A DNA stretch of 64,000 nucleotides from Chiloscyllium plagiosum (lineage: Eukaryota): contig NC_057747.1 in assembly GCF_004010195.1 (NCBI RefSeq), positions 3,478,345 through 3,542,344 of the forward strand, written 5' to 3'. Shown here piece after piece: positions 1 to 11,387 of this stretch; the stretch's first letter is position 1; each line of letters starts with the position of its first letter. The position numbers were made by a program, and so were the translations under genes. The notes beneath the pieces are model-generated. The model worked only from the letters and a program-made list of their open reading frames with translations. It was not told the origin of the DNA and did no database searches.

Positions 1-160
1 CTTGTATGTCTCTATATGTGTGTATTTATGTGTCTGTTTGTATGCATTTGTTTGTCTGTCAGAATCTGCCTGTTTGTATGCCTGTCTGTCTGTATGTATG
101 TGCATATATGCCTGTTTATATGTTTGCATTTGTGTGTGTCTGTCTGTACATGTGTGCATG
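1..160. repeat. Degenerate (TG/TGTC/TGTA)n low-complexity tract
   Basis: Direct inspection. It generates the spurious Cys/Val-rich ORFs at 2-293. Confidence 0.85.
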
Positions 161-1845
161 AAATGCCTGTTCTTTTTTTGCACTCGCATGCAGATAAGAA
201 GTGGTGAGGATGCAAAACAAAGCAACCTCCAGAGCACAGGCTTCTTATGTCAGTGCAGATTAAAAGTGTGTTGACTGGAGAACGCACTGTCAATCTGTAC
301 TACCACAATAAGTGCAAGCAATAACCTGGACAGCTCAGTGAATATTCCACTCCCCTAACCCTACCGTCAGGATCACTCAAAGATAACCTTGCTCTTAATT
401 CTGTTATGTATGGAAGCTCTGGTTTCTGGCAGGTAGTCAGAAGGCAGGGTTTACTGTGACTGCCAAAGCATATAGCTATTTTGTAATGTCTATCTACAGG
501 CTTCATTAATACCTTTCACCACTGGAGTGCAGTAACTGTAAACTCAAAATACAAGCCAATTAAGTGCCTATTTGACTCTTTTCTTTCTCAGAAAGGAAAG
601 CGTTTTTAACAATGTCGTTCTACTGCAGAAATCAGTGCCCCTTACCAACTCCAAACCCATTGCAGCCATAATTGGTACAATCAGATAGCTAGTGCAAAAA
701 AAGTACATGGAAACATCAGCTATTATGTGGCCTTTCATTCATCCAAGATCGGTCTGTTGAAGAAAGTAAACTGCTTTTCGGTCTTCATTCTATGCCTTCC
801 ATCGTCAACTCCGGAAGTGAAACACAATCGAATTTACTGAGAACTGTAGCATGTAAGTGTGTCGGGATTTGAACAGTTAAATGTGGCCCTCGGTGCTTCT
901 CACAGATAGCGCTTACTGCTTTTGGTCATTTCCTGTAAAGAGTGTATGTCATTGGAACCAAAGTGTTTGGAGAATCGCCAGGAGCAGAGAGCTCAATAGA
1001 GCTTGGTGGGTATGGTCTGGGAGGAGGGATGTAAGGGACAATGGTATAGCCAAGAGACAACTAAGAGATGGCATATGTACTCGCCAGAGCCTCCCCGACG
1101 CTGAGTGGAAAGAGGGGTTGGCGGATGTTGGGGGGGGGGGGGTGGCAGGAAGGGTCATAGATGCTTCGTGGAGTTGGGGCAGGAAGGTCATCGGGGTGGG
1201 GGGGGGGAGGTGACGAGGTTACAGTGTTGTGCACTCCCTCCATCCATAACACCAGGAGTCAACATTGGCCAGAGTTTTGAGATTAGGCCGTCTTGTAAAC
1301 ATGATTCGGCGAGGAATGAGTCCGTTTGTTTAACCCACCAGTTGTCATGTCACTGTTGCCTTCCCAGACATGGTCTTCATGTGAACAACAGATGTTCTTT
1401 CACTGTTGTTTCATTAGGCCGATAGATATATTTGGAATCATTGCAATCACCAAATTAAACATGGGAGCATGAGCTCGTCCAAATGCCGAGTTAATGTTTT
1501 GAAGCACTGAAGCAGCTTTTTTTTTTGTTAATGTATTTTTTTTAAATCAATCCATTCATTACGATATACGCATATATATATATCTATATATGAGCTATTT
1601 TGTTTCCTTCTCTTTATCTTTTTTTTTCAGTCCAGTCAATAGGAACCAATGGGGCTGAAATGGGAAATAAAGCCAAAAGTTTAAATATACCAATGGCACC
1701 ATAGTTTGAAGGAGAAACAGCCAAAGTCAGAGTGTTCCACGTTGCTCAGAGTAGATGTCCAATTATCTGTCCTTCCACCACTCTCACAGATTAACAATTT
1801 TGTTTTCTAAGTTTTCCAGTTCTTCATCCCAACTGTTGAAATTGA
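1..1845 (-). other. Probable 3'UTR of the pax2-like gene (end not seen)
   Basis: Lies downstream of both stop codons and lacks the TE copies that fill the introns. No AATAAA/ATTAAA was found by eye on the minus strand. Confidence 0.55.
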
Positions 1846-1967
1846 TCAGACTGGTACAATGTGGAGCCCGAGAGATTCATCTTGCAGTTTCATGTGGTTG
1901 CCATAGTAACTAGTGGCGGTCATAGGCAGTGGCAGCAGTGGGGGGTGCAGCACCCCTGGATGCGGCA
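1846..1967 (-). CDS. pax2: Alternative terminal exon frame via an internal acceptor 19 nt downstream: MPHPGVLHPPLLPLPMTATSYYGNHMKLQDESLGLHIVPV*
   Basis: The AG at 1968-1969 (TTATTATTATAG|TGCCG) joins the phase-1 A of the previous exon to make ATG. The frame is visible in ORF 1846..2061(-) and resembles the recalled human PAX2 alternative C-terminus ending FGLHIVPV. Confidence 0.8.
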
Positions 1968-1986
1968 CTATAATAATAAGGGGAAC
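1910..1986 (-). CDS. pax2: Pax2-like terminal coding exon, canonical frame: (S)SPYYYSAASRGAAPPTAATAYDRH*
   Basis: Acceptor aactttcAG (AG at 1987-1988) and TAG stop at 1910-1912. Classic Pax2/5 C-terminus SPYYY...AYDRH. Confidence 0.96.
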
Positions 1987-3539
1987 CTGAAAGTTAACAC
2001 AGGAGAAGATGGACCAGTTGGAAGGACATATAAAACTTATCAGCAAACAGTGCCCACCCAACAGAAAGTTGGCTTGACCTTATTTTATTAGGGCAGTCCG
2101 CTCCCTGTGCCCTGGCCTGCTTCCACACACCAACGTATCGGCATCCACCCCAGTTGTGATCTCTTCAGATATTTTGTTTTCCCCAAATTGATCAAGCTGT
2201 TTCTCCCTATCTTTGGAAATTACAACTTCCTATTTATTATTTCATGTGATATGGTCACAACTGTCAAGCCAGACTTCATTGCCCATCCCGTATTGCTTGG
2301 CCATTTCAGAGGGAGGTGAAGAGCCAGCCATAATTGGGTCGGAGCCATATTTGGGCCAGAAGGGGTAAGGACAGCAAATTTCCTTTTGAGAACCAGGCAT
2401 GTTTGTACACCAACTGATGACAGCTATCACAGTCACTATTACTGAAACTAGCTCTATATCCAAGATCCTCTGATCAAACTGAATTTCCCCCAGCTGCTAA
2501 ACTGAGATTTGAACTCATGTTCCCAAATCATCAGTCTTGGCCATAGGATTACTAGTCCAGTGGCACTGCACCAGACCACGATCTACTTCAACACTGGGTG
2601 GAAAATGACTATCTTGCAATGTAAAAACAATTGTATTTATATGGGCCAAGTTGAATGGACCCAACGTTTTCTTTCTCTCAGAAGATTTCGAGTCTTTGGA
2701 ACTCCCATTCCCAAGAGATAGTTTCACTGAATATATTTAAGACAGATTCTTGACGAACAAGGGAATTGAGGGTAGGTGAGAATTTAGAGTTGAGGCCACA
2801 ATCAGATTGTATTAAATGATGCATGAGGTTGACTGGGTCAAATGACCTATTTCTGTTCCTAACTGGTATGTTAGCATGTTCAGAACATCCTTTCCTTGCC
2901 TGTCATCCTTTGACATTTTTGGCATCTCTCAGGCTTCCACCAATTCTGCTCTGAATCTTGCTTAAAAACTGCCGGGAAATCAAAGTGTAACAAGTGGCCC
3001 CAATTTTTACTTACTAAGTTACGTGGCAACACCTATGGTGGGGATGGCATTGAGCAGACATGAGTGAAAGACAGCTGAGCAAGTTGGCAACAGTCTGTGT
3101 GCCAGAGCGTAATGCTGTCTCCATGGCATTGCTCAGAATTCCCTTTTGCGGTGTTACAAATTTCTGACAGTCCAATAAAAATTGTCAGCTAAAATTCACT
3201 TCCAAAGCTTTATGTCAAACAACAACTTGCATTTGTATAGCACCTTCAAAAGGCAGGACAGTGGAGTTAAGGATGATCAGATCAGCCATGACTGGCAGAG
3301 CAGACTCAATGGGCTGAATAGTCTACTTCTTGTTATATGGTGGATCAAAAGGGTATTATTGAGCCACTTCAGGAAATATTAAACAGATGATAATGCTTGG
3401 TCCATTGGGAAGTTTTAAGGAGCATTTTAGTTTGGGAGAGCAACAGAGGTGGAGAGTTTAAGGAGCGAATACTATAGTTGCGTGCTCAGGCAGTCAGTCA
3501 TCAGCGATAGCAGCATGCAATGGGTCAGAAGAAGTGGAA

Positions 3540-3730
3540 TCATAGAATCCCTACAGTGTGGAAGCAGGCCATTGGCCTGTGGGAGGAAAGCCGAGCACCT
3601 GAAGGAAACCAATACAGACACAGGAAGAATATGCAAACTCAACACAGACAGTCACCCTAGGGTGGCATCCAACCCAGGTCCCTGGTGCTGTGAGGTAGCA
3701 GTACTAACCACTGAGCCACTGCCCTGCGCA
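3540..3730 (-). mobile_element. HE1-like V-SINE, internally deleted
   Basis: Reverse complement of the tRNA-derived head (GTGGCTCAGTGGTTAGTACTGCT) plus the tail CACACTGTAGGGATTCTATG. Confidence 0.8.
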
Positions 3731-3829
3731 GGAGGATGTAGATAGTTTGGGGTGAGAGCATGGAGAAATTTGAAAATGAGGATGAGAATTTTAAATCCAG
3801 TTTCATTTTAAACCCTTTAGATTGGAACA

Positions 3830-4181
3830 TTAGACTAGATTCCCTATAGTATGGAAACAGGCCCTTCAGCCCAACAAGTCCACAATGACCCTCCTGAGAG
3901 TAACCCACCCAGACCCATTCCCCTACCTTATTACTCTACATTTATCCCTGACTAATGCACCTAACCTACACATCCCTAAACACTATGGGCAATTTAGCAT
4001 GGCCAATTCACGTAACCTGCAAATCTTTGGACTGTGGGAGGAAAGCAAAGCACCCAGAGGAAACCCACACAGACACAGGGAGAATGTGTAAACTCCACAC
4101 AGGCAGTCAACCTGAGGTAGGAATCAAACCTGGGTCCCTAGCGCTGTGAGGCAGCAGTGCTAACTAAGCCACTGTGCCGCC
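3830..4181 (-). mobile_element. HE1-like tRNA-derived V-SINE, near full length
   Basis: A-box/B-box head GGCGGCACAGTGGC...GGTTTGATTCC, V-domain TGTGTGGAGTTT...GGGTTTCCTC, and CR1-type tail with (TCTAA) repeats. Confidence 0.88.
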
Positions 4182-5070
4182 TATTAGCCATGAGGTTGTT
4201 CAAAGACGTCTCAGTGTGATGTCTCAGGGTTTTAGGGGTTGGGTAGCTGCTGACATTACTGAGGCCTATTCAACTAGAATAGGAAGGAATACGTGATGTT
4301 TTGCTGGCACTCCTTAAAGATTAAAGCAGCTTTAAACAGAATAGGTTGGATAGATGGTGAGACGCTATCACTTTACACTTGGGACCTGAACTCAAATCCC
4401 ACCCAGACTGGCAGGACAAAGCTCTTTCTGTTTGCTTTCCGCAACAAGTCCTGTACGAAACAACTTAGAGCATTTGCAAACCAGGTTCTGTTTGGTGTAG
4501 ACCTGCAGCACCACACTGACTGATGTGCTCACACAGACAATGACTGAAGTGGGAAATACTGCAGTCATTCTTTTGAGGTAGAGGCTGAGTGGAGGAAACA
4601 TCCCTTCCATCCTAGGCTGGAGCAAAAAAGCATTTGATGCGGCCCTTGGGTGTCTGAAATGGCTAATGTTCCATTCCTTGACTATTCACAGTAAATGGTA
4701 GCTTTGATTACAGGAACAGAGTTCCTATTCTCTGTAATGAGAAGGACTTCAATTGTAAAATTGCTGACTAACATTGTGCCTACTTTTAAATTCAAATATT
4801 TGCAAGTTAAACACAAGTCTGACTCAACACTCAGTAATTTGCTACAAAACGGATTTGCTTTTAATTGTACAGTTTGAATGTTCGGACCCTTATCGGACCA
4901 AGTCTTTGAGGTGGAAACAGCTCGTTGAGGCACAGCCACAAGCAGGTGAAATATAATCAGCAGGCTGATCGACTGTGTGAGCCCTCACCGCTCATCCTGA
5001 TCATGTAGGCATTTCACGGTCATTCGTAATCTAAGGGCAACATTATAAGGTAGAAATCAATCATGGACAG

Positions 5071-5277
5071 GGCGAAAGTGAGCACTGCACATGCTGGAGA
5101 TCAGAGTCAAGATTAGAGTGGTGCTGGAAAAGCACAGCAGGTCAGGCAGCATCTGAGAAGGAGGAGAATCGACGGTTTGGGCAAAAACCCTTCATCAGGA
5201 ATGAGGCTATTTTTGTCAATTTTCCTGCTCCTCGGATGCTGCCTAATGTGCTGTGCTTTTACAACACCACTCTAATC
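5071..5277. mobile_element. Fold-back (palindromic) Penelope-derived short element, family A
   Basis: Inverted arms GATTAGAGTGGTGCTGGAAAAGCACAGCA... / ...TGCTGTGCTTTTACAACACCACTCTAATC. 16-nt direct repeat AATCAATCATGGACAG at 5055-5070 and 5274-5289. Confidence 0.8.
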
Positions 5278-5665
5278 AATCATGGACAGCCTGCCTGGTT
5301 AATCCTGGCTCAGACAGCAATGTTCACCATCATTGTTCCTCTAAAAACCTGATCACCACCATTCCTGTTGGAGTTGAAATCATTCAAGTTAGCACTGATA
5401 CAGTCCAACACTCTGGAGTGTACTCATTCATTGACCCACCAAGGGAAACCCAAACATTAGTTAATTCAGGAATTCAAATGGTATTTATTTGGGGGAGAGT
5501 GAAGCAACATCACTGTATATGTGAAAACCAAAAGCAGTAACAGGAGCCCAGTTTTAAAAAAAAATCTATTTGCTGTTAGTTCTTAAGTTTAGATCACATT
5601 TATAGAAGCCTTTCTGAAGCAACAGACACAAAATAGGCAACAGCAATGATTCAGAAAATACTCAC

Positions 5666-5752
5666 TTAGTAATCCCGGGTTAGTGAAACGCCAGGCTTCA
5701 TTGTAGGTTGTGTATTGTGGATGAGTGTAAGGGTTTCCCGAAAATTCACTGC
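5666..5752 (-). CDS. pax2: Pax2-like penultimate exon (87 nt, phase 1->1): (G)[28 protein letters not shown](S)
   Basis: Acceptor tttctttccttAG and donor GTGAGT. Matches the Pax2/5/8 SEFSGxPYxHPQY...WRF motif, and NEAWRF is PAX2-like. Confidence 0.96.
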   Translation of the reverse strand, partial: AVNFRETLTLIHNTQPTMKPGVSLTRDY

Positions 5753-5879
5753 CTAAGGAAAGAAATGAGAAAGAAAATTTTCTTTTTTTAAAGAAAGCAG
5801 AGAATAATTTGGAACCTTTTCATTGAGTTGCGGGTTGTGTTTTCCTCTTTGGACTGTTCATCTTATGTTCATTACTTTG

Positions 5880-6250
5880 GTTGAGCTCTACACTGAATTG
5901 CTGCGAGAACTCATTAGAAAGAAAGACTTGAATTTAGATAGCAACATTTCTGAAGTGAGGTCACTGCTGCAGTAAATTTTCCCATTGTGAGATCCTACAA
6001 ACAACAGTGTCACAATGATTCAATAACCCATCTCTTTTCAATAAGTAGGAGATAAATATAAGTAAGACATCGAGTATAACCCCTCTGCTTTTCTACAAAG
6101 TAGCAGCATGGGTTCTTTAACCCCTCCACCTTCCTCAAGTTAGCAGACAGAGACTAGATTTAACATTTTATCAGAAAGACAGGTGCCACTAATATTGCAG
6201 GACATCCTCAACAATGAGCTGGAGTTTCAGCTTGGACCCTTGAGGAACAC
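5880..6250 (-). mobile_element. Decayed Deu-domain SINE (SacSINE1/AmnSINE1-like)
   Basis: Reverse similarity by eye to the copy at 16840-17312 (gatcctacaaacaacagtgt, tagcagcatgggttcttt). Confidence 0.55.
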
Positions 6251-6504
6251 TGAAAAGGAGTCTGTGATTAAGAATAGAGGTACATACACATGTAAGAGAT
6301 GATGCCTGCCTTTGTCACATGTCTAAAATCAGAGTTTGCTGAATTGCTTAACCAAACAATACTGGGATTCTAAGTCAGTCACTCTCCAGAAGGAGAGCGA
6401 GTTGGCAACTTTCTTTGAACCCTCCATCTCGCTAGTTGGAAAGAAGCCAACACTTTTACTGCAAGAAAGGACACCATTTGGCCCAGTTCACCGAGGAACC
6501 TTTT

Positions 6505-6625
6505 TAGGTTAGATTCTATACACTGTGAAAACAGGCCCTTCGGCCCAACAAGTCCACAAAGACCCTCTGAAGAGCAACCCACCCAGGACCATTCCCCTAC
6601 ATTTACCCCTGACTTATGTACTGCC
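6505..6625 (-). mobile_element. HE1-like SINE 3' fragment
   Basis: Tail revcomp GGACTTGTTGGGCCGAAGGGCCTGTTTTCACAGTGTATAGAATCTAA. Confidence 0.75.
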
Positions 6626-6702
6626 TTAATAAATTTCCTGAGTATAGGTGTGCATGAAAGGAGTAGTAAAGCAAATCCCCGAGTTTTTGAATGCTTTGTT
6701 AT

Positions 6703-7010
6703 GGGTGGCACGGTGGTTAGCACTGATGCCTCACAGCACCAGAGACCTGGGTTCAATTCCCGCCTCAGACGACTCTCTGTGTGGAGTTTGCACATTCTCC
6801 CAGTGACTTTGTGGGTTTCCTCCGGGTGCTCCGGTTTCCTCCCACAATCCAAAAATGTGCAGGTTAGGTGAATTGACCATGCTAAATTGCCCCTAGTGTT
6901 AGGTGAAGGGGTAAATGTAGGGCAATGAGTCTGGGTGGGTTGCGCTTCGGCAGGTCGGTGTGGACTTGTTGGGCCGAAGGGCCTGATTCCACACTGTAAG
7001 CAATCTAAAC
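6703..7010 (+). mobile_element. HE1-like V-SINE, full length
   Basis: GGTGGCACGGTGGTTAGCACTG...GGTTCAATTCCC head, V-domain, and tail GGGCCGAAGGGCCTGATTCCACACTGTAAG. Confidence 0.9.
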
Positions 7011-7594
7011 CCTATCTTTGATTTCGTCCTAAACTGTTACACTCTGGGTTTATTTCAAAATGTGGAATCCCAAACAAGGTTTTGGGGAACACCTTTCAGC
7101 TGACCTCAGTACCAGATGGGAATAAAAATGAAAAAGAGGAAAGCAAACACTACTTTCCTGTCCTGAGCTTAAGATGAGTAAAGCAATCATAATTTCAATT
7201 CACCCCATTTCCACTTTGCTCGTGACACTTGTCACTTATCAGCCCAAACCTGGATGTTATTCAGTTCTTGCTGAGTTTAGCCGTATCTGAGGAGCCATGA
7301 ATATGGCTGAACATTGTTTGCTGCTGTTCGCACATCTCCACTTCGGGAAGGAAAATGAAGCAGCTGAAGGGTAGGACAGGAACCTGAGAAACTCCTGAAA
7401 AGGGGTTCTGGAGCTGGGGGATGCGAGGTTGACATTAGGTGATCTGGCTAGTTTCATTCTGAAGGGCTGAATGGCCTAATCTTTCTGCCATCTTCGCTGT
7501 TTCGCTCATTATCAGGTCCAGCAAAGGTCAAGATATCACATGCTCAGCCAATTTGCCCTTGAAGGGATTGAGCTGCAGACAATTAAAGATCGTA

Positions 7595-7800
7595 AGACTT
7601 GGCAAAGTAGACATGGAGAGGTTGTTTCCCCGGATGGAAGAGTCTAGGACAGAGGCAATTATCTTAGAGTAAGGGATTGCACATTTAAGACAGAAATGAG
7701 AAGGAATTTCTTCTCTGAGAAGGGAAGGAAACTATGGAATCTTTACCACAGAGGGCTGTCAAGGATAGGTCACTAAGTATATTCAAGATTTGAGATTTTA
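7595..7800 (+). mobile_element. CR1-clade LINE 3' fragment
   Basis: Degenerate ORF2 C-terminus (...LFPRMEESRT...FKTEMRRNFFS...). Confidence 0.75.
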
Positions 7801-7802
7801 AT

Positions 7803-7961
7803 CACAGCTGAACAATGTGTTGCTGGAAAAGCGCAGCAGGTCAGGCAGCATCAAAGGAGCAGGAGAATCGACGTTTCGGGCATAAGCCCTTCTTCAGGAA
7901 TGAGGAGGGTGTGCCAAGCAGGCTAAGATAAAAGATAGGGAGGAGGGACTTGGGGGAGGGG
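7803..7961 (-). mobile_element. Penelope-like element 3' end/pLTR with an intact minimal hammerhead core, running into a gap
   Basis: Reverse complement matches 22700-22852. Revcomp of 7865-7901 is ATTC-CTGAAGA-AGGGCTTATGCCC-GAAAC-GTC-GATTC. Confidence 0.8.
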
Positions 7962-8693
7962 NNNNNNNNNNNNNNNNNNNNNNNNNNNNNNNNNNNNNNN
8001 NNNNNNNNNNNNNNNNNNNNNNNNNNNNNNNNNNNNNNNNNNNNNNNNNNNNNNNNNNNNNNNNNNNNNNNNNNNNNNNNNNNNNNNNNNNNNNNNNNNN
8101 NNNNNNNNNNNNNNNNNNNNNNNNNNNNNNNNNNNNNNNNNNNNNNNNNNNNNNNNNNNNNNNNNNNNNNNNNNNNNNNNNNNNNNNNNNNNNNNNNNNN
8201 NNNNNNNNNNNNNNNNNNNNNNNNNNNNNNNNNNNNNNNNNNNNNNNNNNNNNNNNNNNNNNNNNNNNNNNNNNNNNNNNNNNNNNNNNNNNNNNNNNNN
8301 NNNNNNNNNNNNNNNNNNNNNNNNNNNNNNNNNNNNNNNNNNNNNNNNNNNNNNNNNNNNNNNNNNNNNNNNNNNNNNNNNNNNNNNNNNNNNNNNNNNN
8401 NNNNNNNNNNNNNNNNNNNNNNNNNNNNNNNNNNNNNNNNNNNNNNNNNNNNNNNNNNNNNNNNNNNNNNNNNNNNNNNNNNNNNNNNNNNNNNNNNNNN
8501 NNNNNNNNNNNNNNNNNNNNNNNNNNNNNNNNNNNNNNNNNNNNNNNNNNNNNNNNNNNNNNNNNNNNNNNNNNNNNNNNNNNNNNNNNNNNNNNNNNNN
8601 NNNNNNNNNNNNNNNNNNNNNNNNNNNNNNNNNNNNNNNNNNNNNNNNNNNNNNNNNNNNNNNNNNNNNNNNNNNNNNNNNNNNNNNNNNNNN
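7962..8693. other. Assembly gap (N run)
   Basis: Run of N. Confidence 1.
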
Positions 8694-9100
8694 TCCAGGG
8701 AAAACAGCCCCAGCCTGTTCAGCCTCTCCCTATAGCTCAAACCCTCCAACCCTGGCAACATCCTTGTAAATCTTTTCTGAACCTTTTCTAGTTTCACAAC
8801 ATCTTTCTGATAGGAAGGAGACCAGAATTGCACACAATATTCCAACAGTGGCCTAACCAATGTCCTGTCCAGCCGCAACATGACCTCCCAACTCCTGTAC
8901 TCAATACTCTGACCAATAAAGGAAAGCATACCAAACGCCTTCTTCACTATCCTATCTACCTGTGACTCCAATTTCAAGGAGCTATGAATTTGCACTCCAA
9001 GGTCTCTTTGTTCAGCAACACTCCCTAGGACCTTACCTTTAAGTGTATAAGTCCTGCTAAGATTTGCTCTCCCAAAATGCAGCACCTTGCATTTATCTGA
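8694..9100 (-). mobile_element. CR1-clade (HER1-like) LINE ORF2 C-terminal fragment
   Basis: DKCKVLHFGR...LVRPLLEYCVQFWSP...RFTRMLPGLEGLSYRERLNRLGLFSL. Confidence 0.92.
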
Positions 9101-9311
9101 CTTGATTGGTTGAATGGCCTTCTTCTGCTCCAACGTCTTATGTTTCCTTTCTTAGGGACTTGTTAGTTCCTTAAGGGGGCATTAATCAGCCCAGCTGTGG
9201 AGAGGTTAACTAGAAGTCCTCCACATCCCATCAAACAGTCAGGGCTGACCAGCAGGCAGTGGACAGGTCACAGGCAGCAATTTATTAGCCTGTCAATTGG
9301 GAATTATACAG

Positions 9312-9655
9312 TCATAGAATCCCTACAGTGTGGAAACAGGCCATTCAGCCCAATAGGTCCACACTGACATTCTGAAGAGTAACCCACCCAGACACATTCC
9401 CCTAACCTATTATCTACATTTTCCTTGACAAATGCACCTAACCTACACATCCCTGAACACTATGGACAATTTAGCATGGCCAATTCGCCAAACCTACACG
9501 TCTTTGGACTGTGGGAGGAAACCGGAGCACCCGGAGGAAACCTACGCAGACACGGGGAGATGTGTAAACTCCACACAGATAGTCACCCGAGGGTGGAATC
9601 TAACCCAGGTCCTTGGTGCTGTGTGGCAGTAGTGCTGACTACTGAGCCAGAGTGC
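9312..9655 (-). mobile_element. HE1-like V-SINE, full length
   Basis: Same head, V-domain and tail as the other copies, reverse strand. Confidence 0.88.
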
Positions 9656-10999
9656 CAAACTGTAAAATACCACTGAATGGGATGAGAGTTAATATGAACA
9701 TGTGAACTGAAGAAGGGTCATCATGTCAAAGTGAGGCAGGAGGTTATAGCGCGAGAACAAAAGCTGAAAAGATCAACAGAAAATTTAAAACATGCGTCTG
9801 AATGTTTTCCTTCCTTGAATAGTGAAAAACGTGAGGAATAATTTGCCAGACGAACAATGTAGAAATGCAAATATTAATTCAATGGGAGTGGAGCAATATG
9901 TTCCAAGTAATACATTTAGAATCCTGATTACCTGAGCCCTCTTTAGTCCAGTGGAGTAAAGGTAAGGTCACCTTAGTCCCATAGGGCCATAATGCTGCTC
10001 TTTCATTGCAGCAGGATGGCTGGTGGTGAGTTTAACCTGAGAGGGTAGATGCACTGAACCGATCTAACTTGCTGGGAGGGCCACTGTTCAATTTGAAGCC
10101 CTTGGAAATCTGCCATGCTGCTGTTGGGATGTAAGGATGTCCAATGTAGTTTGATTTTGGCCCATAGTACACTTTTGTGAAGGGCTTTGGTCTAACATAC
10201 CAGAAAAAAGTGCTTCATCTCTCCTTGGAGCATCAAGGGCACAGCTTTAAGCAGGAGCCTTCATCGGCACCCTCATCTCACTCACCCGCCCCAAACAGCC
10301 CTGGTGGGATTCACTTCTGGCGGAGTCTTCAAGTTACATAGCTCTCCATCCAATCTGCATCACAGAAATAGGCCTTCCAGCCCAAAAATAGTCCACCGGA
10401 ACCTTCTTCCAACATCTTCACCTTATTCCAGCAGCATGGCATTCTATCCCATTCTTTCATATGTCCCAGTATAGATTCCCATCAAATGAATCTGTTACTT
10501 GCTTCAATCAGCCCTTGTGGCAGCAGCAAGCATTCCTCATACAAAAGACGACCGCTACATCAATACAATTAAATCAGCAAAAACAAATCAATACAATTAA
10601 ATACAACCAGCAAAGGCCATGAGAGAGAGGAACAGGGTCATTTGGCCACTCCAAGCCTGCTCCATCATTAATAGGATCAGAGTTCATCCTATATGGTAAG
10701 TGTTAGCACCAGAGGAGTGAAAAATGCAGAGGAACATTGCTCATAGATACAGCGGACCATTTTTAAGGACTAAAAACACAGATCTATATCAGTGAGATTG
10801 ATTGTTGAAACTTAGTGTGAGATAGACTCATGGATAAGGCAGAGTGACAAGTATTTCTGTTAAATGTTTTATTAGTGTCTTTAATTAGAATAACATGTGT
10901 CAAAGACAGTGTTACATTTACGTGACAGAACCCTAGTGGCTTCTTTGAAGCCCCCTTCTTCCTGGTAATGATAGGCAGGGTAGCCTGTACTGAACTAGA

Positions 11000-11387
11000 G
11001 TCATAGAGGCACAGCAAAGAAACAGGCCCTTTGTCAACTCATCCACACTGACCAGATTTCCTAAACTGGACCAGCCCCATTTGCTTGTGTTTGGCATATC
11101 CCTTTAAACCTTTGCCATTCATGTACCTGTCCAAATATCTTTTAAATTGTAATTATACCAGCCTCTACCACTTCCCCTGGCAGCGCATTCCATACAGACA
11201 CCCCCTTCTGTGTCAAATAATTGCCCCTCAGGTCCATTTTTGATCTTTCCCTCCTCGCCTTAAATCTATGCCCTCTCGTTTTAGACTCTCCTATCCTGTC
11301 AAAAGGATCTTGGTTATTCACCTTATCTCTGCCCCTTATGATTTTGTAAACCTCTATAAGGTCAGCTATGAGCCTCCTACTCTCCAG
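11000..11387 (-). mobile_element. CR1-clade LINE 3' end
   Basis: LESRRLIADLIEVYKII...TRGHRFK...WNALPGEVVEAG, followed by the 3'UTR ending CTCTATGACTCT. Confidence 0.88.

Noticed and set aside
2-293. Cys/Val- and His/Thr-rich ORFs (also 20439-20740 and 21172-21468)
   Set aside because: Translations of TG/CA low-complexity tracts.
3885-4149. Recurrent ORFs with LDCGRKPEHPEETH / GLWEETGAP peptides
   Set aside because: Antisense translations of HE1-like SINEs, not a gene family.
4330-4680. Possible LF-SINE-like ancient SINE (also about 44890-45000)
   Set aside because: The resemblance is too weak to call by eye and needs a Dfam HMM search.
5666-5752. Alternative frame of the 87-nt exon is open to a TAA at the exon end, as recalled for human PAX2c; there is also a second AG 4 nt in
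   Set aside because: Openness is largely forced by the main-frame codons, and no frameshifting cassette exon could be found by eye in 5753-20222.
7841-9133. Long ORFs spanning N runs (also 21900-22707, 33473-35348 and 58208-58922)
   Set aside because: Their length comes from X codons in gaps. The real parts are CR1 or Penelope fragments or non-coding DNA.
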